64,000 nt of DNA from Microthyrium microscopicum (Eukaryota), in assembly GCA_010405405.1 (NCBI GenBank), contig MU004244.1, positions 871,895 to 935,894 of the forward strand, read 5' to 3'. The notes beneath the pieces are model-generated. The model was not told the DNA's origin and made no database searches. It saw only the letters and a program-made list of their open reading frames with translations. Shown here piece after piece: positions 1 through 11,848 of this stretch; positions within the stretch are counted from its first letter, which is position 1; each line of letters starts with the position of its first letter. The translations under genes and the position numbers were made by a program.

Positions 1-637
1 GGACCAAGTGCAAGCGGGACCGCCCAAGCGGTGTGTGGTTGATGTTAGTTTTCGCAATGAAATGCAATCATTCACAATATTCTTTGGCTGTCTGTCCATG
101 TCTGACCGTGAAAATGCTTGAAACCACAATTAGACTGAGATCAAGTTGAAGTATGACAACTATTGAATCGGCTCTCTGGTGTCAAGATAATTGAGCACTT
201 CGAAATGGAACTGCCGTCGCGTACGTTAGCTGCCAACAATTTTCTCAAACAGTGACTGCTGTAATTCTCACCAATTCGATACTTCCAAAAGTTCCATGAA
301 GCTCAACTCGGATTGAAGCTTTTTCTAATTACGAAGCCTCGTGGCAGACATCATGGTGTTCTATGATCATAGTAGTAGTAATGGAGTCAAGCAATACCTC
401 AATCAGGCTGAGAGAAAGGCTGAAAATCCAGGGTGAGTATCAGAAGATCGAGCCTCGGAGATATCAACCCTACATCACTCAGAAAGAATCTAGCTGTGCG
501 TTCAATTTAACCGCGGCTAGACTAGCAATTTATGCAGCTCACAGCTACTACCTTGACACTCCAACCATTTCAAAACCCAGCTCGAATCGCAACGTTGACT
601 TTGACTGAAGTAGTTGAACTCTCTGATTTTCGCTAGG

Positions 638-1542
638 ATGTCTACAAATATCAATGATCTTTTTAGCGTTAAGGTTGGTACTTCTTCCGCCTCTCTAAGC
701 AAATGCTGACTTTATCTGAAAAGGGCAAAGTAGTTCTCGTGACAGGCGGAGCAAAAGGCATCGGTCGCATGATAAGCGAAGGCTTTGTACAAAACGGAGC
801 AAAGGTCTATATTTCGAGTCGCGATGCTGCGGCATGTGAACAGGCCTGCCAGGAGCTCAATGCTCTAGGAAAAGGCACAGCTGTCGCCATTCCCGCCGAC
901 TTTTACAAAGAAGCAGACTGCAAGAAGCTTGCTGAAGAGCTTGCCAAGCGCGAAACAAGTATATTTCCCCTACCCTTGGTTGATATCTCGGAACATGGCT
1001 AACCTGTGGTGCTAAAAGAACTCCATGTCCTCGTCAATAACAGCGGTAGCAACTGGGGCGAAACCTACGACTCTTATCCTGAAGCTGCCTGGACTCGCGT
1101 CCTCACTCTCAACCTGCACCGCGTCTTCACTATCACTCAGCTCGTCACTCCACTTCTCGAAGCCGCCAGCAGCCCGGCTGATCCCTCTCGTGTCATCAAC
1201 ATCGGCAGTGTCGACGGATTACGTGTACCTGCTCTCGAAACATTTGCCTATAGCGCAAGTAAGGCTGGTTTACATCATTTGTCGAGAGTTTTGGCACATC
1301 ATTTAGGCCAAAGACAGATCACAAGTAACGTCATTGCGTGTGGCCCCTTCGAGAGCAAGATGATGAAGGCGACACTGGAGAAGTTCAAGGATAGCATCGA
1401 GGCGAATATTCCACTGGGCAGAATAGGCAGTCCGCAGGACGTAGCGGGGACTTGTCTGTTTTTGAGTAGTCGTGCGGGAGCCTATGTGAACGGAGCTACG
1501 ATACCGTTGGATGGTGGCACTGTAATTGCGGCGCGAATGTAA
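638..1542 (+). CDS. Short-chain dehydrogenase/reductase (RhlG/FabG-like), probably peroxisomal (C-terminus ARM)
   Basis: Exons 638-673, 724-958, 1019-1542. Motifs: TGGAKGIG Rossmann fold, NNSG, catalytic YSASK. C-terminal ARM fits PTS1. Confidence 0.92.
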
Positions 1543-1666
1543 GATCTTGCATAATACACTACGAATAAAGTGGCGTAAAAGGGTATTATCTGTATTCGTT
1601 GCTACATAAGCATGTAAATGGTCTATATTGTGAATTTCGTCTCCATCTTGGTCTTCGAAAGCAAGC

Positions 1667-2158
1667 TCAGCTGCCGCGATATGTCGTATAGTTGTAAGGT
1701 CCTAGCAGTACTGGAACATGCCAATGTGGTTGCGAAGCTCCTTGAGCAAGTCCTTTGTAGCCAGTCGTCTGGAAGTGAATCTCCACTTCAGGGAAGAATG
1801 GCTTGATGTCTTTCTTTTCCCAGTATTCTCTTGTTTCAAAGGTCAATGTGCACCACATATCGCCCGAAGCCGACTCGAAGAGAGTCTGAACGTCACTGCC
1901 ACTTCCCTTCCATTCAGTGACACGCCCGTCGCCATTTGTGAGGCCAGAGAACTCTCCTGCCAGTTTTGCATCTTGATCCGCAGATTCAGCAATGTTTACT
2001 TTGAGCGTGACGGCGATATTGGGACCCGGTTGGCCGATCGTTGTGTCTAGCACATGGCATGTTACTGGCGGGCGTGTAGCCATTGCGGTGGGTTTTGGGA
2101 CGGTGAGTTGAGATGCGAGAGATGCGATTTGAGTAGCAACCGGAGTTCGAGGCGACAT
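1667..2158 (-). CDS. 5-hydroxyisourate hydrolase (transthyretin-like protein)
   Basis: TCHVLDT at the N-terminus, TNGDGRV, PFFPEV, and the HVPVLLGPYNYTTYRGS ending with the diagnostic YRGS C-terminus. A second in-frame ATG lies at 2083. Confidence 0.95.
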   Translation of the reverse strand: MSPRTPVATQIASLASQLTVPKPTAMATRPPVTCHVLDTTIGQPGPNIAVTLKVNIAESADQDAKLAGEFSGLTNGDGRVTEWKGSGSDVQTLFESASGDMWCTLTFETREYWEKKDIKPFFPEVEIHFQTTGYKGLAQGASQPHWHVPVLLGPYNYTTYRGS

Positions 2159-2243
2159 GAAATGGATGAGCTATCAATTGGCGTCGGAGGGTTTCTTTGA
2201 GGTTGAAAAAGACAAAATGTCTCCTTCGCGGTCGACTTCAGAT

Positions 2244-2290
2244 CTTATCAGTAAATGTCGTTTAGTGGGGAAGGCGGAGCCTGCCGATAG
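2244..2290. promoter_or_regulatory. Putative UaY-type site (CGG-N6-CCG) plus GATA sites upstream of the HIU hydrolase
   Basis: GCGGAGCCTGCCGA at 2274-2287 is one mismatch from TCGG-N6-CCGA. CTTATC at 2244-2249 and GATAG at 2286-2290 are GATA sites. All lie 86-132 bp upstream of a purine catabolism gene. Confidence 0.5.
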
Positions 2291-2775
2291 CAATTTGATC
2301 GTCACTTTTCCAACCCCAGACAATCTCCTTTTCCTAGGTAGGCCCGGGAGGGGCCGTTAGCACCCATAATTGCTCCGCGTAATCTCATCGAAAGTTGTAA
2401 CTTCATCTCTTTATCACCAAGTAAAACAATCGAACGAAGAACCCGGTAGTTTTGCCTCGGCCCTTGAAAATACTTCCTGAGATGGTAGACCGCCAGTACA
2501 TCCGGAAGCCAATTGGAAGCCTCGAGCAAGCGCCCACGGTTGAATCCTTCGCGCCTTTGGAGTCTGGACGAGGGCCAAGCCACCAACAAATACCCCTGGG
2601 TTGTACACGAAGAAGCTGTGGAGGCCGGGGTAGCGACCATCCACTATCGATTAGGATACCGCGATTCATGGGTTCTTGAGCAGTTCGCTGGACTTGTTGC
2701 TTTTTGAAGGCGAACGAGGAGAGCTTCGGGTTCAATGTTCTCTGTATCAGCAGCTTACCTATCTCTTGAGGGACA

Positions 2776-2970
2776 GACAAGATGAGTGAGCCGTTTAGAT
2801 TGAGCTCCTATCGATTACATGGCTGTTATAATACTTCTTAAGGAGTGAGCGGTTTGATCACTATCGTATTCGATAATCTGATGGTAGCTGACGCAATCAC
2901 TCTTTAAGAAGTGTTATGGCAGCCATCGTAATCGTTGGCATAGTCGTCGAAACGGCTCACTTATTTTGTC
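2776..2970. repeat. Fold-back palindromic element, copy A (MITE-like)
   Basis: Arm 2776-2796 pairs with 2950-2970 (19/21) and arm 2812-2848 pairs with 2897-2934. Apical stem TATCG-tatt-CGATA. Confidence 0.85.
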
Positions 2971-5708
2971 CACGAAGAGCCTATCTCTTTCCTATCTTCG
3001 AAGAGCTCGTATCTGTAACTATACAGACACTGTTTGATTCACGATACTTCTTCCTTACCGAGGGGTTGAATGCCATCACGTTTATCTAAGTGCTATGTGC
3101 AGTATTCACACTATGGCGATGGGCGTGTCAGGCGATGTACGGCCCTTATGCAATGCACACTGGATACCGTCACACCCTGGCCACCCAGGCCTGAACCCAA
3201 AATGCTGCAACTTGGCACAAGCATGCTATTCAGAAAGTCGCGATTTGGTTGGAACTGATCAGTATTCAAGTCTTTTGGAACGATGGTTGGCCATAGTTTG
3301 GAATGCTTATTTTTCGCCAGGTAGCAAAGAAGAGAGTCTTTTACATGCCGTTCTGTCTCTACGCCTCACTGTTTACATGAAGATTACGTGCCAAGGACCA
3401 ACGAACTGCATGGCTTGGTTGCAGACGATCGCGAGGCACACTCTCAACCTACAATCGGCTGATTCGTGCAGCCGTTCTTCTCCCAGCTTCCAGAAAGGTT
3501 CTGCGGGTGCAGCGGCGCACAGCATAGCACTCAGGAACTGACGACAACTGTCAAATCATCTCAGCGCTCAAGGTTGTCCTGGATTGCAGCTGTCCTGCGT
3601 CCAAGACGCGGGTTCAATTGGCCGGTAGGCACAACTTCCAGCATTCCGGGATTTCTACCTCTCCATCCATGATGTCGATCTTTTCTGAACGCTTCATTCT
3701 ATTACTTCTACTTCGCAGTCTTCGCTTATGCTCAGTCTGTGCTTTGATCGAAGATCTCGGGTAATAATTACCTGCCTGCGTGGCATGATCAAGCGGTATC
3801 CGAGATCGACAACTGTATTACTGTGATTGTGCAACCATCAAGTCACATTGATATGCAGGGAATCAACGAGGCTCGAGCTTGACATGAGTTTGGAGCATTT
3901 TTCAGGAGAACTGCTGTCCTTGATGGCCAGTAGCGATGCCATAATTGAGAGTGTATGCCATTTTATCCACTTTCCATTTCAGCCTTGCGAACTGGCCGTT
4001 GATTGAGAATGAGGAAGCACATCCGTAGCCCAGTCTGCCTCAAACTCTCAAGCCCCCCATTGGCACCCCTCGGCTTTTGAGATCACAGCCACACATCTTG
4101 ATCCATCGCTAACAGGCACTGGGACGATTCACTGTCACAGCCACAAAGCCAGAAAAGATTTGGGGACAATTGCACTATTGTCTCTACTTCAAGTTATGAA
4201 AACAACCTTATTACGCGTTCAATTATCACGACATGGGCTTTAGAAGCCGCATGAGATGATAAGTGAAGCGGGTTGGAGCCGACGCCATCATCTTGGCCCA
4301 CGGCTACGACTTTACCGACTGTACCTTCTTCACCACCGCCAACCGGGGGGTGCGGATGCGCCATAGAAGCTAAGATCCGGTTTACAGTAGGAAAATAAAG
4401 AGCTTGGATCAATTATGTACTGCAGAGTGCAGACGTAAGCTCTCAAGCTTTAGGCAGGTCGAGGTTTTCTGCCAGAATCCGTGTCTATGTCTGTGTGAAG
4501 CCATCATTCCTCTTCGCGCTTATGTGACTCCTCTGAAGCACGCTTATGGAAAGCTTTTGTTTTTCCAAAATGACAAGGGCGTTGTAACCGTTCTTCGAAT
4601 ACGGAAAGTGGATAAGCAGAGCCTCGATTTTTCTTCCTATTTTGTCAAACTCGTCTCATCCTAGGTCGTCGAAGCTTCCTGCAACTAGCTCGTGTCGTCT
4701 CGTATATCAACTATTGACTTCCTTGCCTTGCTGTTCTTGAAATCTAGTGCCAAAAAAGTTCTTTTCTAGCATCTCACAACCATATCGCCGATAAAAACAA
4801 ATCCTTACCACTCAGCATGGCTTCTGCTGCACACTGTAGGTCTGCCGCACAAGTAAAAGGTTTCTGTGATTGATTCCCCTGCATAGGTAACGCCACAAAC
4901 TCGATGGAATCGCTGGAATTGGAGCCAGTCCATGCCGCATCTGGCTCTCAGGCTTTCCCCTCGGCTGCTCATGCATCTTTGGGCCATACGGCGTCTAGTG
5001 ATGTAGAAAATGAAGTGAACATCGCCTTGGGCGAGAGGTAAGACTTCCCTTCCCTTTCAAATACTCTCTTGCGCTCCCGACCAGAGAACAGAGAAACCGG
5101 TGTGGCCCCATCAACTCTGTTGACTCTCATATGGTCGCTTCACTCACGCTGCGAGTGCTTTATGACCCATCAGATGCGTAGACTATCAGACAGCCTATCG
5201 ACTATGGCATGCTCTAGTCAAATGGCTACTGGGAGTCATGGAAGTCATTCACGTTGGTGGAAGGGCACTGTTCATTCTGTCAGTCGGCTGTCACCCTTCT
5301 GCCGATACGCGGGAGAGTGGTAGCTTGTCTCCTATAAATCAGGATCTGAGAGCTACAGCAGTTCTTGTACATTGAAGACTAAAAAGCCACAGGCCATCTT
5401 GCTCTTTTCTATTTCTCTCGAATAGAGTTGACATTTCACATCACACCCAAACTCCAGAAGAGAATTCCTCGATCGATACCAACTCAGCCTCCTCGAATCG
5501 TAACTCTCAACCTACACCCCAACATTCGAACGAGTCCCTAGCGGAAGTCCGCCCTCAAATTTCGGCGGAATTGTTCTATGTTGGAGCTGGAGCCAGTACG
5601 CAAGAAGTGCCAGCAATCTACTTTCAAGACGCGAGCGCAGTACAACCGGACATCTTGAAGACTCGGCTCAACGACAACAAGCATCAACCCTCAGGTAGCA
5701 CCAGCCGA

Positions 5709-6203
5709 ATGGACCCGCTAGCCCAAAACCATGTCAGCGCGACCGCCCCTCCATACGTCCTCTCACCTGTCGTTGATTGCAACAGCCCACCTCGACTAAG
5801 TTACGTGAACACGAACGACACACTTGAAGAGCATGTTTCCGGTGTAGTGTTATGTGGCCGTCGAATCAACGGTGACAGACTGGTTGACATCGGTGCTGTC
5901 AAAGAGATCAAACATTTTTGGAAGAAAGAAGTCAAATGTGTCGAGAAGTTCTTGATTATCCTATCGCTTGCGATTATAGTCGCTACTTTCGGCGCAATGT
6001 TTGCCTTGCTGAAGCATGTCACTCATGGACAGAAACCCGTCGGCCTGAAGATTCTCATGGCTGGCGTACTGACTATAATGATGGCAAGTGCTTTGGGAAT
6101 GATTGCCGCAAGGCGATCGTTGGCTGAAGTGTTCATTGTTGGGACTTCTGTTATGGTCCTGGGTATATTTCTGACGCCCTTGTTAGTGGATGTGCTCATG
6201 TAA
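5709..6203 (+). CDS. Hypothetical small membrane protein with 3 C-terminal hydrophobic helices
   Basis: 164-aa ORF from ATG 5709. Hydrophobic stretches FLIILSLAIIVATFGAMFALL, ILMAGVLTIMMASALGMI and VFIVGTSVMVLGIFLTPLLV. TATAAA near 5333. Confidence 0.65.
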   Translation: MDPLAQNHVSATAPPYVLSPVVDCNSPPRLSYVNTNDTLEEHVSGVVLCGRRINGDRLVDIGAVKEIKHFWKKEVKCVEKFLIILSLAIIVATFGAMFALLKHVTHGQKPVGLKILMAGVLTIMMASALGMIAARRSLAEVFIVGTSVMVLGIFLTPLLVDVLM

Positions 6204-6911
6204 AAGGTAGTACGTGTACCGACCTACCCTGGCTGTGATGTGTTCATGTCGCTTGAAGAGCGATTTGGTGGACGCATGATCGCAATGCTTTGTTATTTTT
6301 ACCTTGAAGCATCCCTTTCCTCCGTTGTACAGATGGCATCTCTAGGAGGCGTTTTAATACGATAGTGCATCTACAGATACATCATAACTCGGAATTAGCT
6401 AAGTTAAATATACGATAATGACAATGATAACACGGGGCAACGATGTTCACATATGTCTTCTGCCTCTGATTTCGAATGAACTGAAATGGAGCGAAGCTTT
6501 CAAGCTACCATCAACTGCATGGAATACTTCACGGAGCCGACTGCTTCTTCAGTACTTGCTGTGTCAAGCTTTTCAGCCTACCTTCGGATTCTACCTCGTG
6601 GTGAGATTAGATATTTGACAATCCTTACTGCCCATGAGTGAGTTCTGTGAAGAATTGAGTAAATACCGAGGCTCGCTATCGAATACGGCATGCCAGCAGA
6701 ATACGAAACCATGATTGTTCCAACTCCTTTCGGATTTTGGGATTGTATATTCTTGATCAAAGTTTGGGGAGTTTCAATGATCTATCTGTGGGATAATGGT
6801 ACTCTGCTAAGCATCAAAGTAATCCGTGATCATATATCTAGAGTGTCTGGGTGACCAGGCAGAATAGAGGACCTCAGGCGGCCATGGCAGTGGTCTCCCT
6901 CTCAATACAAG

Positions 6912-7139
6912 CAAACGGTAAACAAGATAGATCGCGCGCTCCCATCAAGTACGGTAGCTACCAATGACCATGATACCATCTGCTACGCTTTAGAACCGAG
7001 CGCTTTATTTCCCCGTAGATGCGCAGAATCGTGGATTCTCTATCGAACACGTAGGAAAGTAAAACATCTTCTGATTATAGAGTATGATGGGAGGCATGGT
7101 AGTTGATGGGAGCACGCCATTCATTTTGTCAACCATTTG
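6912..7139. repeat. Fold-back palindromic element, copy B
   Basis: GCTCCCATCAA (6938-6948) pairs perfectly with TTGATGGGAGC (7103-7113). Central stem AGAATC-gtg-GATTCT. Arms align imperfectly along their length. Confidence 0.8.
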
Positions 7140-7588
7140 GACGAGATAGACTAAAATAGCAGCTAGTCGGTTCCCAGTTGGTTCCAGGTTGGTTGCCGCT
7201 TCCTCACAAATCTTGATTGGGTGATCGGGTGCGCTAAGCTTCGGGACGGCCCGTTATGCATCCACGACAGGGGCTATCAGGCTGTTCCTTCGCGGTTGCC
7301 CACTACTTGTCCAATGACTGATTGTTCTGGGCTGGGACTGACTTCAGCCAACATTCAATTTGAGGCGCAGAAGGGAATCTTAAGATCTAGTTTGAGATTT
7401 ATGGATTGAATCTTCCACTTCAATACCTTGAACCAACGTATTCAATTCCTCAAACGCCAGAAGTCAGAACCACTGTTTCTGATCAAACGTCATCCGAAAA
7501 AAGAGCGTCAGTTCATTTCGCTCAGACAATGCCTTTTGCATAAACTATGTGCTCTAGTCTTCTCCATAACATTTAGGACTGATCAGAT

Positions 7589-9647
7589 ATGAAAGCTTCT
7601 CACTCACGCCTCGCTTTGGCAATTACCCTTTCTTTTGCCATCGTATCTTTATCTTACCATCGTCTGTCGTATAATAGAAGTCAAACTCTATCAGATCATG
7701 CAGAAAACGGCAACTACGCCACAGCGAAAAGCCCAGGCCCTTATACGCTCAAGGAGCGCTTCAAGTGGTCAAATGTCCCAACTCGATATCCCGTTACTTC
7801 GATGATACCTCTCCCTTCCGCGATTCCTCATAGCATTCCTAAAATACAAGCAACCTTTCCAACAGAGACTTCGACACACCGACAAGAGCGGCTGGCAAAA
7901 TTAGAAGCGGTGAAGAGTAACTTTACTCATGCCTGGTCTGGCTATAAAAGTAAAGCATGGCTAAAAGATGAAGTTGCACCACTATCTGGTCAAGCGTTGA
8001 ATCCATTTGGTGGCTGGGCAGCAACCCTTGTTGATGCGCTGGGTATGTCAAAGTGGATGCTACGCTAAACCGTACCGCATACTAACATGTCACTCTGCAC
8101 ATTAGATACCCTTTGGATTATGGATATGAAAGAGGATTTCGAAGAAGCCGTAGCTGCTATCGACAAAATCGACTTCACTACATGCGCACTTGACGAAATC
8201 AACGTATTTGAAACCACGATTAGATATCTGGGCGGATTTATGGCGGCATATGATCTATCAGGAGGTCAATATCCAGCCCTCCTCAAAAAGGCAGCAGAGA
8301 TGGGTTCCATGCTTTATAAAGCTTTTGATACCCCAAATCGAATGCCCATTACTCGTTGGAAGTTCAAAGACGCGGTGGAAAACGTGCCGCAAGAAGCACC
8401 TGACGGCATTCTACTGGCTGAAATAGGATCTTTGACGCTGGAATTCACAAGACTATCGCAGCTCACCGGAGATACAAAGTATTACGATGCCGTACAACGC
8501 ATCATGAGCATCTTTGAAGACCAACAAAATAAAACTAAACTTCCGGGGATGTGGCCTATCCAGGTCAATGCCAAAACGGAAGATTTCACAGGCAGTCAGA
8601 TGTTTACGATAGGCGGAATGGCAGACTCCGCCTATGAATATTTACCTAAGGTATGATAAGGAATCAAGCGGTTCACGAATGCATGTGATGATCACTAACT
8701 CAAAACTAGCAATATCTTCTCTTAAATGGCGGCGCTACGCAATATAAACAGATGTACGAAAGCACTTTGACGACCATGAAAAATCATATCTTCTTTCGAC
8801 CCATGACCATTGATGGCAAAGATATCTTGTTTGCCGGTCAAGTGAACAGTAATGGACAGGTCATATCTGCAACAGACCCTCAAGCGCAACATCTTGGGTG
8901 CTTTGCTGGAGGCATGGTCGCTTTGGCAGCTAAGGCCTTCAACAGCGAGGCAGACCTGGAAGTGGGAAAGAAGTTAATGGAAGGTTGTCTTTGGGCTTAT
9001 GAATCAATGCGAGGAGGAATCATGCCAGAGATCATTCATACACTTCCCTGCCCTGACAAAGTAAGCTTTTCCACCCTCTCATCAGAAATGACCAACTGTT
9101 CAATGATATGATGCCCATGCGGCCGGATGACATCGCTGACAGCTCCAGGTTAAGTGCGATTGGGATCAAGCAAAATGGGTCTCGGCCATGACTGAAAAGT
9201 ATGGCACGACAGACGTGACGAGTGCTGAAGAACAGCTCCAAAATCTTGGTCTTCCGCATGGTATCATGACTGTGGATGATTCACGATACATTCTCAGGTT
9301 AGTCCCCAATAGTGCCTACATCTTGGTGGAATTTTGAAATAACATTCCGCAGGCCCGAAGCTATCGAATCCGTCTTTATTTTATATCGGATCACCGGTAA
9401 CGCTACTCTACAGGATCGAGCATGGGATATGTTCAATACCATAATATCAAAGACGAAGACCAGCATAGCTCATGCCGCCCTCAACGACTGTAACGCGATC
9501 AATCCAACCAAGGCTGATAGGATGGAATCTTTTTGGCTTGCAGAGACACTCAAGTACTTTTACCTGATATTTTCAGAACCGGATTTAGTGAGTTTGGATG
9601 ACTACGTTTTGAATACTGAAGCACATCCCCTAAAACGGACATCATGA
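7589..9647 (+). CDS. Class I alpha-1,2-mannosidase (glycoside hydrolase family 47)
   Basis: Introns 8043-8105, 8651-8709, 9061-9148, 9298-9352. Motifs GWAATLVDALDTLWIM, FETTIRYLGG, ADSAYEYLPK, HLGCFAGG, LRPEAIES, MESFWLAETLKYFYL, NTEAHP. N-terminal anchor present. Confidence 0.96.
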
Positions 9648-9801
9648 ATCAGGACGTCTTGGATTTTAATCTTATTCTGTACATTATAATTGTAAATGAG
9701 GAACGTCGGTATTAGTTCGTTATCGTAAAGTATGGGCAGTGAGGACAAGTCAGATATAATTCACTGTATAGACATATGACAGAATTATACATCTGTCAAT
9801 G

Positions 9802-10002
9802 GGTCCACAAGATAAATGGCGCGCTCCCACCGAGTGTGATGTTAACCACCGCACCTTGTAAAGCGCATATCCTCTTAATCATATCCTATCCAGTATTCTG
9901 AAACTGTTTTACACCCTGAATGGGTAGTAGAGTAATCGGAATAGAACGTAGCTGATGGGAGCTACAGAGCCTGATGGGAGCGTGACAATTATACTGTCGA
10001 CC
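9802..10002. repeat. Fold-back palindromic element, copy C
   Basis: Left arm GGTCCACAAGATAAATGGCGCGCTCCCA versus reverse complement of the right arm GGTCGACAGTATAATTGTCACGCTCCCA. Same terminal consensus as copies B and D. Confidence 0.75.
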
Positions 10003-10328
10003 AAATGGCCTGTCAGTATGTACCTAGGTAATGCAATCAGGCTGAAATCATAGCGATATCGGTGCCTCTACCAAATGGTTTTGCTTTGTCTAAAGAGAGC
10101 AACTTCCCAGCGTACCTGTATATTCCACAAACAATATAGCCGCGGCCAAAAGCCCCGCGACGAGGCTGTCAGAGGTCCCACCCGAGGGGTATACCAAAAT
10201 GATATGACTTGATTTTTCTCTCAACTCAGCCTCTCCGTCCAAGTGATAAACATTGTCTCTTTTGCGATTCTCCGCAGGTCTGCTGTGACACCTTCTATTT
10301 CCCACCTGCGTTATTCCTCACTCTCATT

Positions 10329-11848
10329 ATGGTCAAGATTCTTAAGATCGAGTCTAGCGATGTACGCTTCCCAACATCACTGGACAAAACTGGCTCTGAT
10401 GCCATGAACGCAGCTGGCGACTATTCCGCCGCCTACTGCATCTTGACCACCGACACCGAACACGTCGGTCATGGAATGGTAAGCACACACTCTCAAACCC
10501 ACACTTATTTCCTTGAACCATTGCCCAAGATTCCTCTCCCTACCAATTGAGCCTTTGCCCAAACTATGAAAACTAACAACCTACCAGACCTTCACCATCG
10601 GCCGCGGCAACGACATAGTCTGCGCCGCCATCGAACTCCTCGGCCAACGAATCCACAACAAAACCCTCGAATCCCTCGTCGCCAACTGGGGCGAAACCTG
10701 GCGGTACCTAGTCGCCGACTCGCAACTGCGCTGGATCGGGCCCGAAAAAGGCGTCATCCACCTCGCCCTCGGCGCCGTCGTAAACTCGCTCTGGGATCTC
10801 TGGGCCAAAGTCCTCAACAAGCCCGTGTGGCGCATCATCGCCGACATGAGTCCTGAAGAAGTTGTGCGTCTAATCGACTTTCGCTACATTGTAGATGCGT
10901 TGACGCCGGCGGAAGCGTTGGCGATATTGCAGAGGGCGGAGGCGGGGAAGAGGGAGCGGGTGAGGGAGGCGGAGGAGAATAGGGCGGTGCCGGCGTATAC
11001 TACTAGTGCGGGCTGGTTGGGGTATGATAAGGAGAAGGTTAAGAGGTTGTTGAGGGAGACGATGGAAGAGGGGTATAAGTATTTTAAGTTGAAGGTTGGG
11101 ACTAGTTTGGAGGAGGATAAGGAACGGTTGGGATTGGCGAGGAGTGTGATTGGGTATGATCAGGGGAATACGCTTATGATGGATGCGAATCAGGTATGAT
11201 TGAGACGGTTCTTCACGGTTGTAGTGATCTTGGTTCACTGATGCATATGGTTTACAGATCTGGTCGGTGCCGGACGCGATTGAGTGGGTCAGTCAATTGG
11301 CCGAGTTCAAGCCGTGGTTCATTGAGGAACCTACTTCGCCGGATGATGCGCTGGGCCATGCGACGATCCGCAAGGCGCTTAAGCCATTGGGCATTGGCGT
11401 TGCATCGGGAGAAATGATTCAGAACAGGGTTATGTTCAAGCAGTTCTTCCAGGCGGGTGCTCTCGACGTTTGCCAGGTCGATGCGTGCCGACTTGGAGGG
11501 CTCAACGAAGTCATTGCAGTGCTTCTGCTCGCCGCCAAATTTGGCGTCCAGATTGTACCGCACAGTGGAGGCGTGGGTCTGCCAGAGTATACGCAGCATC
11601 TGAGCACGATAGACTACGTGACTGTCACAGGCAAGAAGAGCGTGCTCGAGTATGTTGATCATCTGCATGAGCACTTTCTGCATCCATGCGAGGTCAAGGA
11701 AGGCCACTTTGTAACTCCCATGGCACCAGGCTATAGTGTGGAAATGAAGGAAGAGAGCAGAGCGCGATATGCCTATCCTGGCCAAGAAGGAGTGAGCTGG
11801 TGGAAAACTGACGAAGCCAAAGTGATCCTAGAAGGAGAAAAGATTTAA
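10329..11848 (+). CDS. gaaB: L-galactonate dehydratase (enolase superfamily; fungal D-galacturonate catabolism)
   Basis: Introns 10479-10587 and 11194-11257. DVRFPTSLDKTGSDAMNAAGDYSAAYC, DSQLRWIGPEKGVIHLA, AYTTSAGWLGY, KLKVG, MDANQ and IEEPTSPDD match fungal Lgd1/GaaB. Confidence 0.92.

Noticed and set aside
2470..2760. Carboxylesterase-like relic (ATIHYRLG) in the short ORF 2513-2707
   Set aside because: Only one short motif resembles the family, the spacing is wrong, and there is no start or catalytic motif. It would need tblastn support.
3070..5323. Short ORFs on both strands
   Set aside because: No motifs, codon bias or consistent splice structure. They may be decayed gene remnants but this cannot be supported.
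10040..10560. GaaR-type CCNCCAA element near gaaB
   Set aside because: The nearest sequences (CTACCAA) do not match the consensus.
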